Assembly (NCBI RefSeq): GCF_000150275.1
Contig: NW_002060943.1
Location: forward strand, 9,127,449-9,191,448
Source of the DNA: Trichoplax adhaerens
Taxonomy: Eukaryota; Animalia; Placozoa
Direction: 5' to 3'
DNA: 64,000 bases
Below, one piece after another: positions 1 to 13,100 of the stretch. The notes below the pieces were generated by a model that worked only from the letters and a program-made list of their open reading frames with translations, did no database searches and had not been told where the DNA came from. Numbering within the stretch: the first letter of the stretch is position 1; the number at the start of each line of letters is the position of its first letter. The position numbers were made by a program, and so were the translations under genes.

Positions 1-529
1 TGTACAGTACTATAGTTTTTCTCAAGAAAACCGCGATAGAAAACTATATAATAAAAAAAAAATAATAATTTAGCCTTGAAAAAATGGCCCGTCATTACAA
101 CAGAAAATTGTCGCCCATAGTCACAGAGATTTAATATACTGTAATTATAATCTTATCATTTCTAACATAGTTCAACCTACCGGTATTGGGTACCAACGAT
201 GAAGAAATAAGTTTTAGGGACAAAATAACGATCAAAACTGTCCAGTAGTTACCCATCGAAGTCAAGCGTATGTTTACGGCTGTAAGAAAATTGAACTTAG
301 TTAATCCATTTTTTGATAAATACGGCACTTCTATTTATAAACCATTGACGGGGAAGATGGGAAATCTTTGATGATTTTTTTCCTTTAATTAATGTAATGT
401 TCCTCCTTATTCGATCTTATTTTAAACCTTTTTTTCCAATAATAACTAGGAAACCACTGTTGTAAAAATCTGAGGGTTGTAAAGACAAGACACGGTAAAA
501 AAATATTTTTTCGCTGCAAATAAGAAAGA

Positions 530-1230
530 AAGCGTACACACTGCACTGTACACTACAGTGGATAGTACACTAGGCCAGTTCTCTGTCAGGGGCTTGAACT
601 TGAAGAGTTACAAAAGTCTCTTTGCAGTGCACTGTATAGTACAGTTCAATAAATTACACTATGAGATATGAGATAGGATATCATCTAGTGGTCCACTAGG
701 CTGGTCTAGTTGTGACTGTGTACTATGTACAGTACTGTACGAAAGGTACAGTGCATTACTGTACTTTGACTGTACCGTACTGTACTGTACAGTGTACACA
801 CTAGACCACAGAACAGTACAGCACAGTACATACTGTACTGTACAGTACATACTGTACTGTACAGTACAGTACATTAGACTCCTTCAAATTTGAACTTGTA
901 CTGTACTGTACTGTACTGTACTGTACTGTACTGTACAGTGCAGTACATGTACAGTACACTCGTACAGTACATTGTACTGTAAACTATACCGTACAGTACT
1001 CGGCTATCATACTGTACTGTACTGTACAGCACTGTACGCTTTTACATCGTGACTCATATAGAGGAAGGCGTTATGCGCCGCAATCCAGAGGTACAGCAGT
1101 TCTTTTACCAGTCAGGATGGAATCACGAAATCGGGTGCGAAAAACATCTACTGTACTGTACAGTACAGTACTGTACTGTACTGTACGTACTGTAAACTGT
1201 ACTGTACTGTACTGTACTGTACCGTACTTT
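530..1230. repeat. (CTGTA)n/(TACAG)n pentanucleotide simple repeat array
   Basis: Pure run of CTGTA at 896-935 and many degenerate copies in both orientations. Confidence 0.95.
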
Positions 1231-1799
1231 GCAAATGTGTAAGTACGACACCATCAGGCTATACTTTATTATATAATTATGTTGACTTCATCTACTGTAT
1301 TACAGAATTATTATGAACATGTACGGAATTTTTTGACTGAGATAGAGTGACATAAGTCCCTGATATTAATCATGACAAATAGACGAAGTGGGGAGCGGAC
1401 ATGAGGACATCAATCTATAATGGTAAGATGGTAAGATTCAGATTTGCGATTGTTTAATTATAATTATTATTGATGTACCCCCTGACCAGCGGTACAAGAA
1501 CAAGAGGCTGAACCATGTTGTAGAAGGTCAACCACAAACCATTAGCAAATCAAAACTGTGTTATGACATGTAGTTCATTTTTAGGCTGTCAATCAAACTT
1601 TTCATTCAGGCTTGTTATTTTTGACACGGTATTTACGTCTACAAATAAACAATCAATCATCACTTTGTTCGTTTCTTAATACAATACAGTACGGTATATT
1701 GTATTTTGCTTTGTTTTACTCCTTGTTACTTTAGCTTATTGTTATCCGTAATTGTTATCACTTTATCTTTTTATGCGCGGTATTGTACACATAACATTT

Positions 1800-2060
1800 T
1801 TGTGTACTGTATTGTACCGTACAGTACAGTACTGTACGCCAAAGAAAATGTTCATTTTACTGTACAGTACACTGTACACTGTAAAGTGCAGTCGTGTGTA
1901 AAAACCTTTCACCATGCAGTAAATTATAGCTTCTCCACTGTACAGTGTACAGTACTGTACACAGTAGGTCCATGGTACTTTGTACCGTACCGTACTGCAC
2001 TGTGTGTTGTAAAACAAAGAGGTACTGTACTGTACCCTACAGTGTACAGTACAGTACTGT
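1800..2060. repeat. Degenerate CAGTA/TACTG array
   Basis: Repeated ACAGTACTGT and CTGTAC motifs. Confidence 0.85.
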
Positions 2061-4238
2061 ATGTGTTGAGTCATCTGAATCTACACACGGGAAGGAAAAG
2101 CACTAATAGGTTAAAAGCCACGCTACAAAAAAAAAAAAATGAAAAATAATAAAATAATAAAATAATAAAATAAATAAGGCCTCTGTGTTGGCACTGCACT
2201 TTATGCATACCACGCATACTGTCTAGGCAATTTGACAGTGGTCTACTCGGTTCTGACTTAGATATAGGATTATAGATAACATATACGCGTATGTTACATA
2301 CAATTTTAAAATTGGTACAAACAATTCTTGTTTTTCCTTCTTCATCATGCACACTTATTGCACAGTAGGAATTTGGGGGGCATTTCTACCCCAATGATCT
2401 TGGCATAACTTCACTTTTATTCGTAAAACAAAGTAACTTTGTGTTTTTGTTTCTTTCGCTTTGAGCAGTAGTATTATTTTCCGCAGGCTTTGTTTACTTA
2501 GCATCTCCGTTGATAAATAATGAATAGTGACCCTTTTTTGACCTAAATTAGAATTGTTATTATTTTTGAAGTCTACTGTGCGATCACACAATATCTTTCA
2601 ATTCCAAATCGCTGCTAAAGTACTGTACTGTATACATTGTAAAGTAAAAAAAAACTACAAGTACATTACGTGAACACGCAAAGTATCACGAGCGAGGGTT
2701 TGACTAGTTACAATAATTTTACCGAACGCACGTTAACCATTAACGCTATTCATGTACAGTACTGGACTGTACTACAATGTTTTAGCATTTCCTTTAAGAT
2801 TACAATGCGAAACACTATGTACACTACTGCACTTTTAATGTACTATCCTAACCAGTGGTATGGTAGTTATTGCGAAGTTTCTGAAGTGCCAAATGGACGC
2901 GCTTGCTGTTTATTCATACATGACCTATGTATGTGTCACGGGTATATATATATACAGTACATCGTTCAATTTAGCTATACAGTACAGTACAGCATGTTGC
3001 GACATGATGGCTCACATGGATAAGTATGTATAATTTAATTTAATTTTTAATATACAGTATACAGTATGAACATACGTATACATTTACATATGACTACAGT
3101 GCTATTAGTGTGCGATACATCGTAATAAAAATGATACCGGAACACCGGTAAAGTATAGCAACTGCGTGGGGTTACGCGTAGTTAAATCAATAATATAAGT
3201 AAAGCTAACGCAAATGAAGAGGTTCTTGGCTATAATATGCATAGAATCTCAACATATAATGTTACATTGACCACTTATGCTTTGTGTGTGTTAATGTATC
3301 GCTAGTTAGAGAGCGTCAGATAGCAAACACCCAAAAAAAATAACCATAATGATAACGGTCTATTCGCTTTTCTTTTTTTACTGTACAATATACTGTATAG
3401 TATACGAGCGTACAGTATACAGTTTATAAGGAGCAGCGATCTAGATATTGAACTTACAGTATATTGTACAGTATAATTTAAGTCTAGTAAAACGGAAATA
3501 TTAAAATAGATTCAAATAATATAATGCATTTGTTCAGCTCTGGATAATGATAAATAGCAGTTATATAATATGATAGACTTTAAGTATATTACAGTAGCTT
3601 GCTGTATCAGTTGGAGTACAGTATAGTAACGAATAATAATGCACAGTCGGATGTGGCAGAATTGGCTAGTATCGATATAAGGATGGATGTTCAATATAGC
3701 ATCTTTGTTTGTGGTATAGCAGCGTAGTTGGATAACATCATGAGATTTAAAAAATGAATCATTTACGACAAATACTTGGCCTTCATCAATTCGTACTGCG
3801 ATCTAAAATCGTGACTTGCTTAGATTCTAGGCTTTTGAATCGGAAAATGATAAAAGTTATATGTGTATGCGTCGTATATTCAAAATGTTAAAATAACACC
3901 AATATTTATTAGTTCCGTGTTAATATTATATTAATACTTTGTACTTTCTTTATTTTCATTTATTATATTAAAAATTAATTATTTTCTATTAACAAATATT
4001 AATATTTCATTAATATTTTAGCTAATATTTTTCGACTGTAATCATGCTTTAGTCATTTGGTATACTAAAGTGTTTGAGTTCCTGAATAAAACACATGTTT
4101 ACAAATTATATAGTTAATCTTTTCAAATGCTAAACAAACCTTCTGCTATATTATTATCATAACCTAGGAGCATTTATTAAATAAAACATAGGAATAGTCT
4201 ACTAACTATTTATAATTTATTTATTAATTAATATGAAC

Positions 4239-4263
4239 CGGGACTTTTCTCAGAAAAGTCCCG
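4239..4263. other. Perfect 12-bp inverted repeat
   Basis: CGGGACTTTTCT-C-AGAAAAGTCCCG. Confidence 0.9.
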
Positions 4264-7161
4264 AGTGAGTCATCTTTCAGCTTACTTAGAGTAGTGGATA
4301 AAATGTTACGTGATTGCGATTGCTCTGCTATTGTGATTGCTATAACTGAACAGATGTATATACTGTACACTCTCAGTATGTGCATTAACTAGTTGATGCG
4401 CCAGCTAGCATTTCTGAAATGTATCGAGACCACTCCAAAAAAGGAAATGCCCGTATAATACAGTATATCATTTCACGTATCACAATATATCAAGGGCTAT
4501 CAGCGCTCTTGACTGATATAAGAAAATTTTTCTACAAATTCCATACTGTAGTGAAAATATTATATATGACTGAATATTGATAAATATGAGCGTAAATAGC
4601 AATTTTTTGAGTCTTAGCTTAAATACAGTTAACCAGTTCTGTTTTATAGTCCCAGCTTGAGGCCTCATGGCTAACTAAAGCACTTATAAGCGGTACAAAT
4701 CACACTACCAATTACCAGAAAGTGAGCATACTGCACGAATAATTTTATCAGTATCTAAAGTAGATACGGATCATCTCATGCAACATATGTAAGCTTCATG
4801 TCCGACTCATTGGTAAATGATGCGATACAATGATGAATAAAAAGAAATTAATAGTGGTGTTCCCTATAATTTATTGGTGCTACTAGTTATTCGATAAATC
4901 AGTTAATATGGTGTCTTTTCAAAATGAGCTAATAGATCATTTATGATAGATCCCAATCAGCCATTTCATGCAATAATATGGTACTATAGATGATACTGTA
5001 AATTAGAAAATAACTACTAAGGAAGTATTCGTTATGTTGTAGTGTACGCGTATAGAGAAGTTGAAATCCGTATATAAAACAGTTTCTTCAGGTCGACAGT
5101 ATCTCGACTAGACACTACAATCTAGAGCTACTGCTATTGTTTGTTACCAATGGAAATCCTCAACATTTACTGTTATGGTTTTTTTATACATATTCACTAC
5201 ACTGTTGTAGTTAGTAGCGTAATATTATAAGCGCGACTGGTTTGCCATATAGTAACGTTGCGTGAATGTTTAAGAGTATAATTGTGATAAGTCTGTACAG
5301 TGCTGTACGCATTAGTGTATAACTGATAACGTCGATACGTGATGAAATGTACGTACTGGGAATACGAGAGAAAATATGCGGTATATAAGATGTTGAGTTG
5401 AGAAATAAAGAGGGAGATTTACACGTGCATTCGAACGAAGTCTTTACTTGTTAACATTTACAATATACGAATAGTATTTATTTCACATACTATAGGAATA
5501 ATAGAATTGATCGTACTTTTAGTGATTGAGTAATCGAGTTACGAGCAGGGACTACTCCAAAGAAGAGAGGAACTGGACACGGTCGAAAGCAAAAAATTTA
5601 TGAAGGCCAACGTTTTTTGAAGTCATTTTACAGTACGCTATGACCGTAACGGTACACCGTGCTGTGTAAAACCAACTTGTCAGCTAATTTGGAGTGCGAT
5701 CGTGTACAGTACTGTATAGCGTACGATTACCGATGGTCAGTTGACTTGAAATAACCAGCAAAAAGTCGACCTCCACGTCGCTACTATAGCCAACGATGGT
5801 GTCCTATTCCCCTTTCTCTTCTTTCGAGTAGCACCTGTTACGAGTATATAAGTGTTTATTGAAGTACGGCAATCAATACGAAATACGATATCAGCAGCAA
5901 AAGCTCATCATCACATAGAATGATAGCCTTAGTAAATTTATATTATCTTTTCACCTTCAAAAATCAGTCTTTATTACCGAAACATTAACATAGATTAAAA
6001 TTGAAGTAATCGTAAAAATGAGTTTTGTAACAACGTGGTTCCGTTATACTACTAAAATCATATATATATATATATATCATAGTTTGATGAAAACAAGTAA
6101 TTGCGTATAAATATAAACAAATATAATTTGAGGTATAAAAATTTAACATAGCGTTGACCATACAGAGAATATACAGTAAATGAGATAATAATATATTATA
6201 ATAATTAGTTAAGTGTTACTTTTCCACGGTATTTAAGGCACTGACTCCGTAATTAAAACAGTGTGTATACTGCTATCTGTGGACTTTATACTGGAATATC
6301 ACTCATAATTTAAATACGGTAACAAGTACTAAAGCTACGAAAAGCTAAAGAGCATGTATACTGTATAGTTTCTTTTTTAAGTTAAATAAATTAATATTTT
6401 AGTATGGTATAGTGCACATTTAAAAATATACTGTGTACACGAAGTGTCTTATACTCTTCCATTACAGTTTATATAACAATTATGGTCGTAATTATCCAAT
6501 GCGGTGAATCAAAATAATTAAAACGATTGCTGCCAGAATAGATGTACTAAAATCCCTATACCATAACTTTTGTAGCATTTTCATAAGAGATCAACATAGG
6601 CTGCGGTTAGAGCTTAAGATTATTGTTAATTAATTATCAATGGATACTTTGCTAGCTATGGTATAAGGTCGAGTGTGCGTGCGAACTATAACATGAGACA
6701 AAGGATACAACCGTTGAAACTATGATACAAATCTACGTTTGAAATCAGTTTAAAATATTTTTAACGAGAGCATCTTCGTGGTAATGTGGAAAAAACTGTA
6801 TATAAACCAGATCAATTTATAAAAAATTTAAAAATACATCGAGGATCAATCTCCCATGTTTTGGGCTGATTTTCTAAAATCACAGAGACTATATTTCAAA
6901 ATACAGAACATAATGATCTATACAGCATCGCTGTGAAGGTGCATACTACTCTCGGGTGCTGCTCTATAAATGCTATGCCCTGATATATAGCAAAGTTTCT
7001 TTAATTACACTATATAATAAAATGAGATTATGAAGAACCGCTTAAAAGAGGCATGAGACAATGGACTGAACACAAAAGATTTTTTAGTAAAGATGAAGTT
7101 TCCAAATAAATTTTACAATTAAGTTTGTACTGACAAGGAAGGCACAATCACCATCCAGAAG

Positions 7162-10100
7162 TTAAACAAACGTTTCTTGATTCTCTTCATTTTCACATTC
7201 ACTGCAATAACTGATATCTGACACCTTTCCAGAGGATGCATTAATATTCAGCTGAATGCTGATACTTTCGCTGTCGTCTAAATCTTCACTCTTAAAGGTA
7301 GACCCAATGCTCTCCTAAAAATACAGTATTAGAATATTTACACAAACTTTAGTAATGAGAATTAAAATTATTAGGGCTAAGATGAGCTTGGTGCGCATGT
7401 AATGTCTATAAAGAGATAAAGACGAACGAAAAAATGATAACATTTAAAACACATGCCATTAAGAGATCGAACATACAGGGTTTCACGGTTAATACACATT
7501 TATGTAGATATATAACTCAAGGTAAATAATAAATTATTTTCTCTGTGATATACTTCCTGAGAAAGAATGAATTAAATATCTATTATCTACATTTCTTGTA
7601 ACTACTTTCAGGTAGTGATAAACACAACTGACTGTATACATGTCAAAACTGTTGTTACATCCAGTTAAAGTTCTATTAAATCTAAACTGCTTAGGATCGC
7701 AAATTGTGAATTAGGTATAATAGAGATACATATTGTTTTTAGCCGTGCAAGCTTGTAATGTTTTAAGCTTCCAATTACAAAAAATTAACGATTTCGTCTC
7801 ATAGCCTAAACGCTTCTGAGTTCATTTAAATACATGACAGATGAATTGTTAAAAATCCTCGCAATTCTTAACCAGTCTGTACGGTGAGGTATATAAAACT
7901 GTATCAATACATGTTATTAGTTTAAGGTAGCACGCCACTCAATAGGACTTATTTAAATGCTCATCAAACAAGAAATTATAAAGGTTCGAATTTATAGTTA
8001 ATTCTTAAGTAAGTTTAGTAGTCGATCATTAAAAGGATTGTAAAGCGCTAAGTTCCAGCAATCTCTATAGTATAGGTATTCTATTTCACAGGCAACCACT
8101 TGCGAATTGAGAATAATTAGCCAGAGCAACTCAGTACTTTTATACATGTTTTCTATTACCTCAGTACCTCACTTCCTTGGTTGAATTTTTATAAAAAACT
8201 ACATCTTGTTGAGCAACTTCAGAAATAAAGTACGGTATGATAGTACTAAGCATATCGTTCAAGGCAATTAAATTATTTTCTAGATACCGTTTCTTCTTCG
8301 CAGTACGATTCTTCCAGCACGAAATCGTCAGTAGGAGAAGCTTCATGAGTCGCTTCTTTAAACTGAACAGGAATTAAAATTCCGCTAGAGTTGAGCCAAT
8401 CTGGTAAGCTACGGCTACGAATCAGCTTTGCTCTGATAGGTCTGATAAATAAACTACCATCACGCACTCCTTCGCGTTGGGGAAGCCATATGTGTGAACA
8501 ATCTACATTGCCTTGTCGGCAATTATCTGCGATTTAATATTAGAAGAAAATAAATTTAGGATGACTTATGTTGTACCAGCGATCAATTGATCCGCATGGC
8601 AGGAATATTGCAATGTATGGACAGAACATAAACGTAAATTTACAGAGAGTAGTTAAGCTCAGTTAAGTCCTATTCTCGATTTACAGTGCGTTCACAAAGT
8701 AAAACAATATCGCAATATTGCAAAAATGATAGTTTCTGTTTTCATCGAAAAAGCAAGCGTGTAGCTCAAACATGTTGTACATCCATCAGCCAAGTTAAGT
8801 CAAGTTGTGTGCATGTAGTATACTATGTAAGATATTTATCAATTATTACGGAAAAGACAGAGTGCAATTTATCCTCTTATATTTTCTTATTTATTGAATA
8901 CTGATTAGCTAAATCTAAGCTCCGATTCATGTTGTACAATTCTCCTTATTCTATGCACACATGATTACGCTTTTTATCTTTACTAGCATATTAGATTATA
9001 CGGTCGTTCAAAACACAGATGAAACTATATACGTAATAAAGAATATGCACATAATTTCCGTACCTTCCGTAACATTATCAACGACGCGAACATTATCGGC
9101 GAGCGATCGGAATCTCCTTTCAAAATGTAATATATCTTGTTCCGTATTAAAATTCGATTGATTACTAATGACTACCTTATTTTGACTGCTGTCAATGTGC
9201 AAACGTCGACGACTATCCCGGTAGACGACATTCTGCATACGATTGCTAATTTCGTTGCCACGAATGTCTGTATTCGCATCGGCAGTAATCTTTGATTCGA
9301 AAGAGTTTCTCCTACGCAAGTACAGAATTGACAATAACATCAAGTATCAACCACTGTACTACATAAAGAGTAATATAGAATTGGCATTCACAACTATTTG
9401 TCACCCACGAGTTTAACATTTAAATATCAAAAATAGTCAGTAAAAATCCTTTATTGCTAAGTGCTACTTGACATACTTCGTAACAACTCTGGACCGCTTT
9501 GAAGAGTACTTATAGAAGAGCAAGGAAAGTATCATTAAGATAAGGCAAATCCCAGAAATAACACCTCCAATGATGTAGAACAGAACTGACTCGCTGACAG
9601 TTTTAGAACTTCCCGTCGCTTGATAGGCTAGTTAATGATAATAGCAATATTATACTGTACAACAAGTGAATCTTGGTAGAGAAAAGAAAGCTCAACGAAA
9701 TTTTGAAAATTTAAATAATGCGTTAAGAACTTACGCTCTGTTACAGACGGGGAATATACAGTAGCTTTGAGGAATTAAATAAAGAATCGTTAATACAAGC
9801 GCCGATTTAAATCTATATTGATATAATCCCATAAACTGCCTGGCTCTTAAAGTACAATATTGATTCTAGATTAAAATAATCAAATATAAACCTTTACGTG
9901 TGACTTTTCGAATGTTTTCGGTAAATGGCCCGGCACCTCTTCCAGTGGATGCACTAACCCGGAAAAAGTATTCCGTTGACTCCGACAATTTCGTGACGTG
10001 AGCACATAAATTGCCATTATATACCGGCAATTTAACGAAATTCATCATTAATTTATCGGTTGAATACAATATAAGATATTCGGTAATAACTCCTCCGGAA

Positions 10101-13100
10101 AAACTGGGCGGTTGCCAACAGACTCTAACTGACGTTGGGCTATCATCAATGATCGTTACATCATCCGGTGATGTAGTAGGAACTAAAATAAGTATTAAGT
10201 CATTTCAAAAATATATCTATATAGCAGAAAAATTATAGCTTCGAAAATTATACCTCCATAATTTGTTTGAAATTCAGCCCATGGGCTAAATGCACTAGAT
10301 ATACCGCGCGCAAAGAAACGTACAGATAGCTGATACGTATAGAATGGTAATAAATTGGGTATTGTTAATCTCGTTTCAAAAGTATTATATCGTCGTAAAT
10401 CTGACTTGCTGCCGTTGAAATAACGAAGGTATACAACGTAGGTTTCATTTTCTTTCTTATGATCCAAACTACCAAATTCATGCCTCCAAGTTGCAACAAC
10501 AGATTTATTATTAGGATATTCTTCTGCAGAGCTTGCAGATTTAACGGAGACATGAGTAGGCGCTGAAAATACGCCGTTTCCTACAGCTGTAATATATGTG
10601 TATCAGGATAACAAAATACTTTAGCGCAAAATCAATATTATTATACGTTCCAAATATTTATTATCATATCTGATGCATTCTAAACGTACGATTCGTATAC
10701 AATTGGAAATAAGCCGGTGGTCCGTTGCGGGAAGAACTTTTTGCACATATATCAAAATTGTAGTTTTGATCTACCTCTACAAGTAAAAAAGTAAAGATTA
10801 TTTTAGAGGTTATTTAAGAATACTTTGATGACAGCATAAAATGAATGATGTCCAATAATATTATTACCTAGTTGTGTGATAATAAACTGTGATATCGAAC
10901 TGTTTAAATGCACTTCCTTTCTTCTGTACGTTTTAGTGGACTCCCACCCTAAAACGTAGCCGGATATAGTTACTTCGTACGACAATGGTGGCAACCAACT
11001 ACAAGTAACATTATTTCCCTGCAGGTATTTGCAATTAAACCGTTGCACGCTTCCAGGTATTCCGCCTATACCATAAAAATATCCAAATTTAGCAATTACG
11101 AAATCATAGAAAATATGGAGGATTAGTCATGAACCTGTGCCGGTCGAAGGCAGAAAAATTTCTTTCCATTTACTCCTGGTCTTCTGGCCGTCACGAAAAC
11201 GAACCTCAATTTGGATTTGATATTTATAATCGAGTGCTGTAAGGTTAGTTAGAGTGAAAGATTGCAACGAAGAGTTGACCTTCACGGAGTTTTTCCTTTT
11301 CGCCTTGAAAAGTTTCCAACGTACGTTATAACTCTTTATTAGCGATATATCCGACAACGGTATCCAAGTAATGACAATAGACTGCAACAATTATTCAAGA
11401 ATTACAGTAAATATATTGATACGAAAAGTCCAAATAAATAATTACTTTTGACATATTCTAGTAAGTGTTGAGTTTTTAATATATTTACAAACACATAACA
11501 TCTAATTAACTTTCTTACCAAATTTACAACTGCTAAGGTAATGTTCGTGACGCCAGGCAGGTTCTGCATAACTATAGAAATCAGAATTTAATTCCAATAA
11601 TTTGTTTAAGTTGTGGAAGTCATAATTTTTACACTTAATTAACTGTTTAGAACCTGCGCGCGATACGGTAGAAAACGATCCATTGCCATATGCATTCACA
11701 GCAGCCATCTGAACACTGACAGTCGCATCATTAGGAAGTTTCGATCTTAAGTACATATTTGCTACGTTATCGCCATAATCTTTAGGAATTAGGATAGTTT
11801 CGTAAACATTTCCTAAATTTCCATTCGACCTATACCATACAATCTTAACGATAAATGATATAATTTTATCCGATTCTGATACTGGATCCCATTGAAAAGA
11901 GACGTCTGTGTGTGTCAGAAGGGTGATCCTGAGATTTTTAATAATTCCTGGTTTCCCTTCCACAAAATAACAACAATAATTTTAATAGCAATCTACAGTA
12001 GTTGTATGAATAATGGGCATGTTATTGTTAACTTACGAGGTAAGCTAGCTAAGGTAGTTTCTGAAAAAGGCCCACAACCGAATAAATTGCACGCAGACAA
12101 TACAAATTTGTAGTTATTAGGTAGAATCAAATCATTAATTTTCTTCGATAGCTTGACAGCATCTATATTAATGCTGTAGTTTATCGATCTTACTAGCAGT
12201 CCGCCTGAGTAACACTGGATAATATAATATGAAACAGTTCGCTCATCTGACGGTCTCGTCCAAGTCAACGTTATAGATGTTGTAGATGCTTCAACTACGA
12301 AATTATACGGCTTGCCTGGTTGTTTATGAAGCACGCTCGTAAAATTTGTAAGAGATTCCCAATCCGATAGACTTTTTACCGTCGAGGTTTCTAGAATAAA
12401 GTAATTCGGACAAATATCACACAAGCTCTTAACAGTCAACAAGAATGTTTAGGAAGAAATAATGGAACTATTTTAGTAGAACGAATATTAATTGCATACC
12501 ATTGACCGGTAATACAAATAAAGAAATAGTTTTTTTGATAACTTCAATTTCATTGCTAACAAAGCATTGATATATGCCAGTATCAGTAATCCTAAGTTTA
12601 ATCAAGGTAAGTGTAGCTTTTTCCGCCTTTATCGAATATCTTATATTGCTTCGAAGGACATTGCCATTCTTATACCAAGTAATAACAGGTTTAGGAATGC
12701 CTACTGCGGCACAAGTTAGTGTGAAATTATCTCCTGATTTCTTTCGTACGTTAACGTTAACGTTCTTCGTGTTTTCGAATTTCAAAGGAGCTACAAATAT
12801 AATTTATGTCACTATCGAGCTTACAATAAATTAATTAAATTTTGCAAATTTCTTACATTTAACAATGATGGAAACTTGGCCCTGCAGGGACTGATGGCCA
12901 TGCAATATGATACATTCATATGTACCATTATCAGCTTCCTTAGCGTTAATGATGCGTAATGACGTCTTTCCAATAAAGAATCTTTGGGTATCACTTTTTA
13001 GGAATTCATCATCTTTCATCCAGACGACACTCGCATTTCCGTGAGTAGATAAGCAGGTGATGTTAATGCTATCTCCTCTGTTTATCATCTGCGAAGATGG

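Noticed and set aside
170-380. Coding-looking plus-strand stretch (VLGTNDEEISFRDKITIKTVQ*LPIEVKRMF...)
   Set aside because: Contains an in-frame stop and has no recognisable homology; cannot be called a gene or pseudogene.
659-2149. ORFs rich in YCTVQYS-like peptides (also at 20556-20873, 34602-35536, 44446-45463 and 54909-55269)
   Set aside because: They are translations of CAGTA repeats and tandem repeats, not proteins.
8168-8225. Extra cytoplasmic exon of the receptor
   Set aside because: No acceptor and donor combination keeps the frame; direct 8288-to-7314 splicing does.
12574-12834. Antisense ORFs over real exons (also 57763-58056, 60649-60849, 61774-62034)
   Set aside because: Shadow frames of coding sequence on the other strand.
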